This document shows positions 9,480 through 19,231 of a DNA stretch of 64,000 bases, one piece after another. Each line of letters opens with the position of its first letter. Position 1 is the stretch's first letter. This DNA comes from Roseibacillus sp. Lineage in GTDB: Bacteria; Verrucomicrobiota; Verrucomicrobiia; Verrucomicrobiales; Akkermansiaceae. A program made the translations under genes and the position numbers. The notes below the pieces were generated by a model, which had not been told where the DNA came from, searched no databases, and saw only the letters and a list, made by a program, of their open reading frames with translations. The stretch spans positions 1,664,001 through 1,728,000 of the forward strand of contig JBPOGI010000001.1 in NCBI GenBank assembly GCA_051251855.1, in the 5' to 3' direction.

Positions 9480-10997
9480 TTAATTTTTGAATGTCACTTT
9501 TTCGGGTGACTTTTTGCGGATGACGCCTGTCTCTAGCAGGATACCAGCCAAAGATGCAAGAGAAGTGTATAAGAATCCTATTGGAAAAGGAAGCAGAAAT
9601 ATAAAGGAAACTAAATTACCTGTCATCAATGCGTCAGCAACGACGAATAGGAAGAAACACCCAAAGAGTAATTCTACTAGGGGCGTAATGGATTTATGGG
9701 CTTTGTAACTGCCCGTGCGCTTCTGTATTGTCCCACCATTTTGGGCAGCGTCTCCATATTTTGGAGTCCTAACGAAGCCGGATTCGCGATTAAAGAGCGC
9801 CTCAATGACTGCTTTCACGTTGTTTAATGACATCCCTATTCCCAGAGCAATGAGCAAAGGAAGATACTTCAGCTCCTTCAACCAAGAATCAGGGCGAAGA
9901 GCCTTCTGTGAGGTCACATAGAAGAAAAGAATCGAGGACATCCCGAAGAACATGATCGGAAGATAGATCAGCTGCTGAGCCCATCCTGGCATATCAGGCT
10001 GAAACTTCTGATTAGGAAAAATCAGGAATAAAAGTAGGAACAGAAGCAAGTAAGCAAAGTTCGCCGTAAGATGCGCGGTTGCCTCCAACTTAATATAAAG
10101 AGGAAATTTGCTCTTCCAAATCTTAGGAAGCACCTTCTTGCACACTTGGATTGAGCCCTTAGTCCAACGATGCTGTTGGTTCTTGAAACCATTCATGTCG
10201 ACCGGAAGCTCTGCAGGGGTTTCTACATCATTGAGGAAAATAAACTTCCACCCCTTCAGCTGCGCTCGGTAGCTCAGGTCCATATCCTCAGTGAGAGTAT
10301 CATGCTCCCAACCACCAGCATCATCGATGCAACTCTTGCGCCAGATTCCCGCAGTGCCATTAAAGGTAAAGAATCGGCCGCTGCGATTACGTGCGGTTTG
10401 CTCCAACTCCAAGTGACCGTCCAGGAACATCGCCTGCACTCGGGTCAGTAGATTAAACGTGCGATTCAGGTGACCCCATCGCGTCTGAATGAGTCCTACT
10501 TTTTCATCGGTGAAGTGATGAACCATCTCGAGGAGGACGTTTGAGTTCGGGACAAAGTCGGCATCAAGAATGAAAATATAGTCCCCTTTTACGGTCGCCA
10601 TCCCATTCTCCAATGCTCCAGCCTTAAAACCAGAGCGATCCGTGCGATGGATGAACTCGACATCGAAACCTTCAGAGCGGAGACGGTCACATTCCCCTCG
10701 TGCAATCTCAGTGGTGTCATCGGTTGAATCATCCAAAAATTGAATGTGCAGCTTCTCCTTTGGATAATCCATCTTGGAGACTGCCTTCAATAGACGCTTT
10801 ACCACATGCCTCTCATTGAAAACGGGTAATTGAACAGTCACCAAAGGCAATTCTTCGAAAACCCCCTTTGCGACGGGCTTATTCCGCGAATGCTTTAGAT
10901 AGAGGAAGATAATCCCCAATCGATGAAAGCTATACGCACTCAATCCAATGAGGACTAAGACGTAGCTGACAAACCAGAACCAGTTGATTGCTTCCAT
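9480..10997 (-). CDS. Membrane GT2 glycosyltransferase, cellulose-synthase-like (CslA/CslC-like)
   Basis: VQLPVFNE, DDSTD, GFKAGAL, DADF, TEDMD, QQHRW (D,D,D,QxxRW), FVRTPK; several TM segments. Confidence 0.92.
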   Translation of the reverse strand: MEAINWFWFVSYVLVLIGLSAYSFHRLGIIFLYLKHSRNKPVAKGVFEELPLVTVQLPVFNERHVVKRLLKAVSKMDYPKEKLHIQFLDDSTDDTTEIARGECDRLRSEGFDVEFIHRTDRSGFKAGALENGMATVKGDYIFILDADFVPNSNVLLEMVHHFTDEKVGLIQTRWGHLNRTFNLLTRVQAMFLDGHLELEQTARNRSGRFFTFNGTAGIWRKSCIDDAGGWEHDTLTEDMDLSYRAQLKGWKFIFLNDVETPAELPVDMNGFKNQQHRWTKGSIQVCKKVLPKIWKSKFPLYIKLEATAHLTANFAYLLLFLLLFLIFPNQKFQPDMPGWAQQLIYLPIMFFGMSSILFFYVTSQKALRPDSWLKELKYLPLLIALGIGMSLNNVKAVIEALFNRESGFVRTPKYGDAAQNGGTIQKRTGSYKAHKSITPLVELLFGCFFLFVVADALMTGNLVSFIFLLPFPIGFLYTSLASLAGILLETGVIRKKSPEKVTFKN

Positions 10998-11394
10998 AAA
11001 TAATATCGGGGAACACTTACGTAGACTCCCGAAGCGCTCGTTTGCTCGACTTTTTTCCTTTTGTCAAGACGGGCGCGCGACTTCCAGGCCACCCCGAAAG
11101 CTACGTTAACCCTTAACATCCAGTCAATTGCAAAAAACTTATTAACATTCAATAAACCGAAAATAAATTTAATTGTGACCATTTATTGTTTCATTTGATT
11201 GCTTCAAAAGACAAAAAAGAGAGTCAATCCCACTTTCAAGCAATCAACCTCAAAAAGGAATAACCAACACCGAATCCATCGGACCACCTCTGACCGAGAA
11301 AATGGGGTCAACTCACATTAAAGACAGGTAAACACAATTCCCGTGTATTGGTCGTTGTCTCTTGGCTCAGGCCTCGCCTAAACTCACCAAAGTT

Positions 11395-12921
11395 TTGAGC
11401 TATCAGGTTTTCGCCCGCAAATATCGCCCTCGCACCTTCCAAGATGTCTTGGGACAGGATCACGTGGTCCGCACTCTTCGCAATGCCATCGAACAAGGCC
11501 GCCTAGCGCACGCTTATCTCTTCGTTGGTCCTCGCGGCACGGGCAAAACTTCTACTGCTCGCATCTTTGCTAAAGCCCTCAACAATCCAGGAGGTCCCTC
11601 CATCGATTTCGACCCCGATGACCCCGATCTCATCGAAATCGCGGAAGGAAACTCGCTCGACGTCCTCGAAATCGATGGAGCCTCTAATAATGGCGTCGAA
11701 CAAGTCCGCCAACTCCGCGAAACGGTGCAATACGCTCCCGCGAAGTCCCCCTTCAAGATCTACTACATCGATGAGGTCCATATGCTCTCCAACGCGGCCT
11801 TCAACGCTCTCTTGAAAACTCTGGAGGAGCCGCCCGAGCACGTGAAATTCATCTTCGCGACTACGGAGCCCAACAAAATTCTCCCCACCATTATTTCTCG
11901 CTGCCAGCGCTTTGACCTCCGGCCCATCCCCACCGACATCATTGCCAAGCAACTTCTTCACATTGCCACCGAGGAAAGCGTCAATCTCGACGAACCTGCC
12001 GCCTGGGCTATTGCCAAAGGTGCCGACGGCGGCATGCGCGACGCCCAGTCGATGCTCGATCAACTCGTTGCCTTCTGTGGAGAGCATATCAAGGAGGATG
12101 ACGTGCAACACATCTTCGGTTTCACCTCAGGCGAAACCATAGCCACCCTCATCGACGCCGTCTTTGAGAAAAACACCTCAAGCCTCCTCAACCGCCTCAA
12201 TGACCTTGCTGCTTCAGGAAAAAACCTCTCCCAGCTCCTCCAAGAGCTCATCAACACCATTCGTGCACTTCTCATTCACAAGATTGACCCCAAAGCTGGG
12301 CGAGAAGGTCTCTCCTCCGAAGTCTGGGAAAACCTGACCACTCTTACCAAAGACACCCCCACCGACCGTCTTCTTGCGCTCATCGAGATTCTCTCTACCG
12401 CTGAAGCCAGTATGCGCTGGGCTGCCAACAAACAACTCCATCTGGAGCTTGCTCTCATCCGGTCCGTCGAAGCCCTCGACGAGATCCGCATCTCAGACGT
12501 CATTCGAACTCTCGAAAAAGGAGGACTCTCTGAAAGCATGACCGAGGTCGCCTCTGCGAGCCCTCCTGCCCCTCAATCTGAAGCAGTAGTAAAAGCAGAA
12601 GCAGAAGCGCCCTCCCAAAGCGAGCCTACTCCGGAAGCGCAACCAAACCCCGAGCCACAAACTCCTCCTCAAGAGAGCAAACCAGACCCTGCTCCCGAAG
12701 GAAAGGCACCCGTCAAAGGTCTCAGTGCTATCGAACGGCTCATGCAGGACGCCCCCGATGAACGAGAGGACGAGCCTGAACCCACCCCCACCGCATCAGC
12801 CCCTAAGAAAAAGGACGAACCAGCCCCTGAATCCAAAACGCCTCCTCCTGCAGACAACTTTCACAACGACCCCCTCATCCAAGACGCCGTCGAAATATTT
12901 AAAGGCAAACTTAAGAGTTAG
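11395..12921 (+). CDS. dnaX: DNA polymerase III subunit gamma/tau
   Basis: YQVFARKYRP, GPRGTGKT, IDEVHML, NALLKTLEEPP, ISRCQRF, GGMRDA; TTG start at 11395 preferred. Confidence 0.96.
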   Translation: MSYQVFARKYRPRTFQDVLGQDHVVRTLRNAIEQGRLAHAYLFVGPRGTGKTSTARIFAKALNNPGGPSIDFDPDDPDLIEIAEGNSLDVLEIDGASNNGVEQVRQLRETVQYAPAKSPFKIYYIDEVHMLSNAAFNALLKTLEEPPEHVKFIFATTEPNKILPTIISRCQRFDLRPIPTDIIAKQLLHIATEESVNLDEPAAWAIAKGADGGMRDAQSMLDQLVAFCGEHIKEDDVQHIFGFTSGETIATLIDAVFEKNTSSLLNRLNDLAASGKNLSQLLQELINTIRALLIHKIDPKAGREGLSSEVWENLTTLTKDTPTDRLLALIEILSTAEASMRWAANKQLHLELALIRSVEALDEIRISDVIRTLEKGGLSESMTEVASASPPAPQSEAVVKAEAEAPSQSEPTPEAQPNPEPQTPPQESKPDPAPEGKAPVKGLSAIERLMQDAPDEREDEPEPTPTASAPKKKDEPAPESKTPPPADNFHNDPLIQDAVEIFKGKLKS

Positions 12922-12965
12922 CCGAGACTCTCACCAAAATTAAAAACCTCCAACCTTCTCATTTT

Positions 12966-13253
12966 ATGAATATCGCCAAGCTCATGCAGCAAGCCCAGAA
13001 ACTGCAACAAGCCCAATCTGAACTCTCAACTAAGACTGCTCAGGCCATCGACCCCTCCGGTAAAGTGACGGTAGTCGCTAACGGCGCCGGTGAACTCCAA
13101 TCTCTCTCTATCGACCCAGCTATCATCTCAGCGGACGACACCGAGTTCTTACAAAATCTCATTCTGACGACCTGCAACACCGCCCTCAAAGAAGCACGTG
13201 AGCAAGCCGCACAAGAGATGGCCTCCAATCTCAACATCCCCGGCTTAGGCTAG
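12966..13253 (+). CDS. ybaB: YbaB/EbfC nucleoid-associated protein
   Basis: MNIAKLMQQAQKLQ..GKVTVVANGAG..SIDP; canonical position after dnaX. Confidence 0.88.
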   Translation: MNIAKLMQQAQKLQQAQSELSTKTAQAIDPSGKVTVVANGAGELQSLSIDPAIISADDTEFLQNLILTTCNTALKEAREQAAQEMASNLNIPGLG

Positions 13254-13271
13254 CATTCCTCGCCTTTCTTC

Positions 13272-14273
13272 ATGACAAGAACTCGGCACCCTTTCGGACT
13301 AGCTTTGGTGCTCATCTCGCTTGCGCTCAATCTCGTCGCGATTGTCCTTTTCGTGCGGCAACCAGACACCTTTACGGCGTTCACCGTGCTCCCCTTTTGG
13401 CTTTGGGGAAGCCTTGGCCTCCTCCTCTCACTCACCTCCTATTTCCTCTTCCGTTCTCCGCTCGCCCTCTTTACCTCCACGATTTGGTTCGCATCCATTC
13501 TTGTCCTCTCTGATGAAGCACCTGCACTCGTCCGCCTAGGTCAAACCTCTCCAGAGAAAGGGGCTCCTCAACCCTACCTCAACCGCAAGCCCCTCCGCAT
13601 TGTCTCCTGCAACTGGTCAAGCTACAATGGCCCTCTCTTCTCTGCTATCGCTCCTTGGGAACCTGACATCGTCTTTATTCAAGAGATGCCTCATCCCTAC
13701 CTCCTCAAACAACTTGCCAACTCCCTCTACGGAGATACTGGCGACTACCGCTACGACGAAGACCACCTCTGCGGTGTTGTGCTCCGTGGCCGGATTAAAA
13801 AAGCCCTTCTCGAGCCCCAATACCGCTCGCAATACCTCACCGCACTTCTCCCGAACGGGAACCTTGTCGAGCTCGTCAATCTGCACCTTCAACCTGCCTC
13901 AACCAACCTCACTCTCTGGCACCCCAGTTGCTGGAAGGAACATCGTAACAACCGTATCCAACGCCGTAACGAGATTGGCTTCGCTCTTGCATTCCTGCGC
14001 GAATACACCCCGTTCCCCAATCGTCCCACCCTCATTGCTGGCGACTTTAACGCCCCAGCTTCCGACGGGGCCACCAACGTCCTCCAAGAAGATTTCACCG
14101 ATACCTTTCGCGCCGTCGGCACCGGTTGGGGCAACACCTATCATCGCCGTGTTCCCGTGTTGAGACTCGACCGCATCTACGCCTCGCATCACTTCCTGCC
14201 CCTGCGCTCTCGAGCGGTTGCTATCCCTCAATCGGAGCACCGCATCATCGTTTCCGACCTCCTTCTCGAGTAA
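13272..14273 (+). CDS. Membrane-anchored endonuclease/exonuclease/phosphatase (EEP) family protein
   Basis: About three N-terminal TM helices; PDIVFIQE, NLHL, AGDFNAP, RLDRIY, SEH. Confidence 0.85.
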   Translation: MTRTRHPFGLALVLISLALNLVAIVLFVRQPDTFTAFTVLPFWLWGSLGLLLSLTSYFLFRSPLALFTSTIWFASILVLSDEAPALVRLGQTSPEKGAPQPYLNRKPLRIVSCNWSSYNGPLFSAIAPWEPDIVFIQEMPHPYLLKQLANSLYGDTGDYRYDEDHLCGVVLRGRIKKALLEPQYRSQYLTALLPNGNLVELVNLHLQPASTNLTLWHPSCWKEHRNNRIQRRNEIGFALAFLREYTPFPNRPTLIAGDFNAPASDGATNVLQEDFTDTFRAVGTGWGNTYHRRVPVLRLDRIYASHHFLPLRSRAVAIPQSEHRIIVSDLLLE

Positions 14274-14277
14274 CCCT

Positions 14278-15189
14278 CTACTTTAGAAAAATATCCGAAA
14301 TCCTCTTCGCAGTCGTCACCGTATTACGATGAATTTTTGCAGTTCCTTCCGACGTTCGATTGTAGCCTCCGCCATACAGCACCGTCACCGGAATTCGGTT
14401 CCGCAAAAACGCACTCAGAATCACCTCATCTCGCCGCTGCAGGTCCTTCACCGAAAGCATCATTTGCCCAAAGCGGTCATTGCGATGGTTATCCGCACCC
14501 GCAATCCAAATCACCAAATCCGGTGAAAAGACATCCAGCGCCGCCGCCAACGAAGTAAAAAGCTGCTTAAGATACATCTCCCCCTCGACATAGCGCACCG
14601 TCTCCACATCCATCGAGGAAACCTCTTTGCGCGAGGGATAGTTCTTCCCCACGTGAATCGAATACGTAAACACTCTTGGATCACCCTCCAAAATCGAAGC
14701 CGTCCCATTCCCCTGATGAGCATCCGTATCCACCACCATCACCCGAATCCCCGGCCGCTTCAGTTGCACATCCTTAATCGCAATCGCGACGTCATTGAAA
14801 ACACAATAGCCCTCGCCATGTTCACGAAAGGCATGATGCGTTCCTCCCGCTAAACAAATCGCAATGCCATCCTCCAGCGCCGCATGGCAAGCCTGTCGCG
14901 TCGCCTCCACCTCAGTCGAACTCCGCTCGAAAAGCCGCCCACTCACCGGCAATCCAATCTTCAATTGCTCCTTCCGATCCAAGCGCCCCAGATAAATCTT
15001 CTCCAAATAGCTCTCATCATGGACCCGACGCAAAACATGCTGATCCGCTGCCCGCACCTCCACAATATCTTCCCCGCGCACTACGCCGCTATCGATCAGC
15101 ATATCCTTAGACACCCGAAATTTATCCATCGGAAAAGGATGCCCCGCTGGCAGGGCAAGTTCGAAGTCTGGTGAGTAAAAACACTTCAT
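14278..15189 (-). CDS. Zn-dependent histone-deacetylase-family hydrolase
   Basis: HPFPMDKF, GGTHHA, GYCVFND, DTDAHQGNG, GADNHRND, GGGY. Confidence 0.92.
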   Translation of the reverse strand: MKCFYSPDFELALPAGHPFPMDKFRVSKDMLIDSGVVRGEDIVEVRAADQHVLRRVHDESYLEKIYLGRLDRKEQLKIGLPVSGRLFERSSTEVEATRQACHAALEDGIAICLAGGTHHAFREHGEGYCVFNDVAIAIKDVQLKRPGIRVMVVDTDAHQGNGTASILEGDPRVFTYSIHVGKNYPSRKEVSSMDVETVRYVEGEMYLKQLFTSLAAALDVFSPDLVIWIAGADNHRNDRFGQMMLSVKDLQRRDEVILSAFLRNRIPVTVLYGGGYNRTSEGTAKIHRNTVTTAKRISDIFLK

Positions 15190-15266
15190 AGAGCGGACCG
15201 CAAAACTACCCCTCCTTCACTGCTAGCGCAAACCCCCATCAGGGCAGTTTTTTGAACTCGTTCCAG

Positions 15267-17810
15267 CTACTTTCCCTCCCAATTGTGCTTGGGATAGCGC
15301 CCCGCCAAATCTTTCTTCATCTGGGGAAACCCCGTCTCCCAAAACCCCTCCAAATCCTTCGTCACCTGCCAAGGCCGCTGGTTGGGCGCACAAATTTTCA
15401 CCACCAGCTTTTGCCCTCCCGGCAAAGTCGGCGTCTTATCCACCCCATAGAGCCGCTGCACCTTTTCCTCAAACCAAGGCTCTTCTTGGTCCTTGTAATT
15501 CACGCGCGTATTGATGCCATTGCTCAGGCTCACCTTCTCAGGCGCATACCCCTCCAAGCTCGCCCGCTGCATCGCCGAGAGAAACTCCCGCAACACCGGC
15601 TTCACCTCGCGATTTTTCACCTCCCGCAAACTCCCCGCCCCTTCACACACTCCCGCAATCACAAAGCGTCGCTCCTCGACCCCAAACTCCGGCATCTCCA
15701 ACTCCGGCATCGCCTTCGCCAAAAAATTCACCCGTGCAATCCACCGCTCCACCCCCGCATCCCAGTTCTTCAGCGGCGCATTCCCCGCCAACACCTGCTC
15801 CGCCAAAATTTCCCCCGCTAGCTCCTTGCTCACCGTCCCGCCATCGCTCTCCTCCACCACCAAGTCATCGAACATCACCCGCTTGCGCGCCACCACCTTC
15901 CGCGTCGCCTCATCCCATTCCGCGCCATCGGTCAGCCGCAGCACCCCCGGAAAAAACTCTTCCAACCACTCGGTCTTCACCCGCACACAGCTGCGCAGGT
16001 AAGTCACCATCTCACGCCCCTCCACTTCCGTCGCTTCGCAAGCGACAAAGACTTTGGAAAAACGTCCCACGCTCGTCTCATCTAACTTCCCTTTCCGCTG
16101 TCCCACCAACCGCGAAGACAAAGTCGCCTCCCCCAACCGCACTCCCACTCGATCCCCAAAGGCCAACAACACCGCCTTCGCCAATGCCTCTCCATTCCAC
16201 TCGAACCTCACCCGGTCCAAAGACATCTTGCGACTCTTTGCAATGCCACAGAGCTGCTTCCAAGTCGCCAGCATCTCGCGCGCATTGCGACCCTGCACCC
16301 CCATCGAACGACAATTCTCCACTCGAAAGTTCGCCTTCTCCGCCTCCGCTACCGCCCGCCAATCCGCCTCAAAGTCCGACCAGTCCCCTTCCTCCACAAA
16401 GCGTTCCCGATCCTTCCCAGCCTTCTTAGCAAAGACCCCCTCACCCTGCAACACCGCCGCCGCAAAGCAGGCCTCACTCACACAATCCAAGTCCTGCGCC
16501 GCCAACAACAAGCGCGCCATCCGAGGATGCAACGGGAACCCCGCCATCAAACGCCCCTCCTTCGTAAGCTCCCCCTCATCGACTGCTCCCAAGCGCCCTA
16601 ACAGAGACTCAGCTCGCGCCAAAGACTCCTCCTCCGGTCCATCCAACCATCGAAAGCCCTTCACCCTATTCCACCCCGCCGTCTTTAGATAAAGCACCGC
16701 CTCCGCCAAATCCACTCGCTTCACTTCCGGCAATTCAAAGCCCTCCCGCCGACCATGGTCCGCCTCCGACCACAAGCGGACACACTTCCCCGGCCCCGTC
16801 CGCCCCGCACGCCCTGCCCGCTGCTCCGCTGCCGCCCGCGAAATCGGAGAAACCAGCAAGGAGTCAATCCCCCGCCGGACATCGAACTTCGCCATCCGCG
16901 CCAACCCCGAATCGACCACTAAAGAAATGCCATCGATCGTGATCGAAGTCTCCGCCACATTCGTCGCCACGATAATTCGAGGCCCGCCCCCAGTCGCGAC
17001 CGCCGCTCTCTGCGCCTGTGGTGGCAACCCTGAATAAAGCGGCAAAACCTCATACCCACGCGCCACCGAAGACCTCCCTAACAATTCCACCGTCTTCCGA
17101 ATCTCATGCATCCCCGGCATGAAAACCAACACCCGCCTATCCTTCTCTGGATCGAGCGCAGCATCCCGCAACACCTTCCCCACCCGTTCCCAAAGCACCT
17201 CATCTTCCATCCGCCCAAAACGATTCCGCTTCCGCTCACTCGCACCAGCGTAACTCACCTCCACCGGATAACGCCTCCCCTCCGACTGCAACAACTCACA
17301 AGGCGCCAAGTAATCCTCCAACCCCAGCAACTCCAGCGTCGCCGACATCACCCCCACCCGCAACTCCGGCCGGCGTTCCTGTAAATCCAATACCCGCCCC
17401 AGCGCCAAATCACTCGCCAAGCGCCGCTCATGAAACTCATCAAAAAGAACACAACTCACCCCCGGCAACTCTGGATTCTCCGCCAACCACCGCTGCAAAA
17501 CCCCATCCGTCACATAGACCAAGCGCGTCTTGGGACCGTAGACCTTCTCAAATCTCACCGAATACCCCACCGCCTCACCAACTCTTGAACTAACCAAAGA
17601 AGCCACATACTCGGCCAGCATTCGAGCCGCAATCCGACGCGGCTGCACCACCACAATGCGCCCCGTAAAATCAGCCTCCTCCAATAGCAACTTCGGCACC
17701 ACCGTCGACTTTCCAGACCCCGTAGGAGCCTTCAGCAAGACCCGCCCCAAACCACCGTCCGCGAAGGCAGCCAACAAATCATTCTTCACCTCCAAGACCG
17801 GTAAGCTCAT
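15267..17810 (-). CDS. hrpB: ATP-dependent RNA helicase HrpB
   Basis: APTGSGKST, QPRRIAA, DEFHER, MSAT, ATNVAETSITI, QRAGRAGR, C-terminal APNQRPWQVTKDL..FW..GRYPKHNW. Confidence 0.94.
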   Translation of the reverse strand: MSLPVLEVKNDLLAAFADGGLGRVLLKAPTGSGKSTVVPKLLLEEADFTGRIVVVQPRRIAARMLAEYVASLVSSRVGEAVGYSVRFEKVYGPKTRLVYVTDGVLQRWLAENPELPGVSCVLFDEFHERRLASDLALGRVLDLQERRPELRVGVMSATLELLGLEDYLAPCELLQSEGRRYPVEVSYAGASERKRNRFGRMEDEVLWERVGKVLRDAALDPEKDRRVLVFMPGMHEIRKTVELLGRSSVARGYEVLPLYSGLPPQAQRAAVATGGGPRIIVATNVAETSITIDGISLVVDSGLARMAKFDVRRGIDSLLVSPISRAAAEQRAGRAGRTGPGKCVRLWSEADHGRREGFELPEVKRVDLAEAVLYLKTAGWNRVKGFRWLDGPEEESLARAESLLGRLGAVDEGELTKEGRLMAGFPLHPRMARLLLAAQDLDCVSEACFAAAVLQGEGVFAKKAGKDRERFVEEGDWSDFEADWRAVAEAEKANFRVENCRSMGVQGRNAREMLATWKQLCGIAKSRKMSLDRVRFEWNGEALAKAVLLAFGDRVGVRLGEATLSSRLVGQRKGKLDETSVGRFSKVFVACEATEVEGREMVTYLRSCVRVKTEWLEEFFPGVLRLTDGAEWDEATRKVVARKRVMFDDLVVEESDGGTVSKELAGEILAEQVLAGNAPLKNWDAGVERWIARVNFLAKAMPELEMPEFGVEERRFVIAGVCEGAGSLREVKNREVKPVLREFLSAMQRASLEGYAPEKVSLSNGINTRVNYKDQEEPWFEEKVQRLYGVDKTPTLPGGQKLVVKICAPNQRPWQVTKDLEGFWETGFPQMKKDLAGRYPKHNWEGK

Positions 17811-17814
17811 CCTC

Positions 17815-19230
17815 TCAATCCTTTTTCAAATTGCGCAAATACGCTTTTGCGGCCCGAGGATGAAGCTGATCGGTCACCTGCGAGTAGGGAGACCCCTCAG
17901 GATACAAACTCACCCGAGGCCGCCCTTCCCGCCGAGTATTCCAATACCCTGGCAGTAGCGTATGGTCCACGGTATCTCCTTCCCCTCCATTGTAAAAATC
18001 GAACAAAACAGAATACCCAACCTCGTTCTCTTCCGCCCACTGAAAAAAGCCATCAATAAAAAGAGGATTATCGTCCCCACCAAAGGCAGCCGAACGCAGG
18101 AACTTCTCTTTGTCACTGCCCTCTCGCCAATTGCGAGTCGGAACCCAGTTTGCCCAGGGACCCCATTCGCTCACCACGAAAGGCAAGCCCTTCTCATCCG
18201 CTAACTCCTTAAAGTAACGCATACCATAAATCGACGACTCTTCGCCCGTGGCTTGGTGGCCCCTGCCTTCGAAGACCTTCCAAACAAACTTCTCGTAAGC
18301 CACTTTTCTCCTCTCGTCGTGAGCGTTCCAATAACCGGGCACCAACTTGTAGTCAGCTTCCTCAGGATCATCGGGCTCATAGTAACATTCCCCATCAGCA
18401 TCGTAGACGTCCACACTCACGAAATCAGCCAAAACCTTATCCTTCTGATCCGAAGCGTTGCCAAAAGCATCGTCAGGATACTCAGGGAAAGCCGCGCTAG
18501 GATCAAAATGGTCAAACCCTACAGTGCTGCACCACACCCAAGTGAACTTCGGGTTCACCTCTTCCATCGTGAGGTAGATAAACTTCCAGCAAGCCTTGTA
18601 CTGTTCTGCAGTCCCCATCGTCTCACCGCCCTCCGGATCAATCCCCCACGGAAACCAATCCCCGACAAACTCCCACCCCAAACGAAGGCGAGCTTCGGAC
18701 ATTCCACTCTTCACCAAAGCCACCGCAAGCGCCCGAAAGGCGTCCTTGGCTTCTTCGTGATGACGACTCTCGGGAAAACCCATTTGCCATCGATCCGCCA
18801 CTGCCCCGGCATCAATCAGCCCCCCCTCGATGCTCTCCAAACGATTCGGAAACATCGGAATCGCCAACTCCACAACATAGTCATGGAGCGCGCCCTTGGG
18901 TCTTCCTAGATAGTGCTGTGCCCCTTCGCCATACTCAATCACCCCATCACCATCAAAGGCGCTCTCCCATCGACGAAGCTGTTCTGCCATCGCCCCCTTG
19001 CGCCCCTCCTCGCTAAAAGTAAGAGCCTCCTTATAAACTTGCCAACGATCCGCCGAAAGGTTGTCACCGATGATATCCGCTTTCTGGCCGGTAAACTTCT
19101 CCCACTCCACCAGAACTGCCATATTCGACGGATTCACATTTGGACCATGCAGAGTTTCTCCACTCACTAACCCCGCAAACAAGCCCCCTAACAGCACACA
19201 CCACCTAACCTCAAAACATCTCCTTCTCAT
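17815..19230 (-). CDS. Secreted GH26-like (clan GH-A) glycoside hydrolase
   Basis: Signal-like N-terminus (ATG 19230); RLGWEFVGDWFPWG (acid/base Glu), SVDVYD, PFVVSEWG (nucleophile Glu). Confidence 0.7.
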   Translation of the reverse strand: MRRRCFEVRWCVLLGGLFAGLVSGETLHGPNVNPSNMAVLVEWEKFTGQKADIIGDNLSADRWQVYKEALTFSEEGRKGAMAEQLRRWESAFDGDGVIEYGEGAQHYLGRPKGALHDYVVELAIPMFPNRLESIEGGLIDAGAVADRWQMGFPESRHHEEAKDAFRALAVALVKSGMSEARLRLGWEFVGDWFPWGIDPEGGETMGTAEQYKACWKFIYLTMEEVNPKFTWVWCSTVGFDHFDPSAAFPEYPDDAFGNASDQKDKVLADFVSVDVYDADGECYYEPDDPEEADYKLVPGYWNAHDERRKVAYEKFVWKVFEGRGHQATGEESSIYGMRYFKELADEKGLPFVVSEWGPWANWVPTRNWREGSDKEKFLRSAAFGGDDNPLFIDGFFQWAEENEVGYSVLFDFYNGGEGDTVDHTLLPGYWNTRREGRPRVSLYPEGSPYSQVTDQLHPRAAKAYLRNLKKD

Positions 19231-19231
19231 C

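Noticed and set aside
11130..11270. Replication origin
   Set aside because: AT-rich but no TTATCCACA cluster, no dnaA/dnaN nearby, and the same skew sign on both sides
11250..11394. SRP RNA (ffs), often found upstream of dnaX
   Set aside because: No conserved TCAGG..GGAA..AGCAG domain IV motif seen on either strand
12805..12814. Possible dnaX -1 frameshift site (AAG AAA AAG)
   Set aside because: Not a full A AAA AAG heptamer, too near the C-terminus, and no evident stimulatory hairpin
13253..13272. recR remnant after dnaX-ybaB
   Set aside because: Only 18 nt before the EEP gene; recR is simply not in this window
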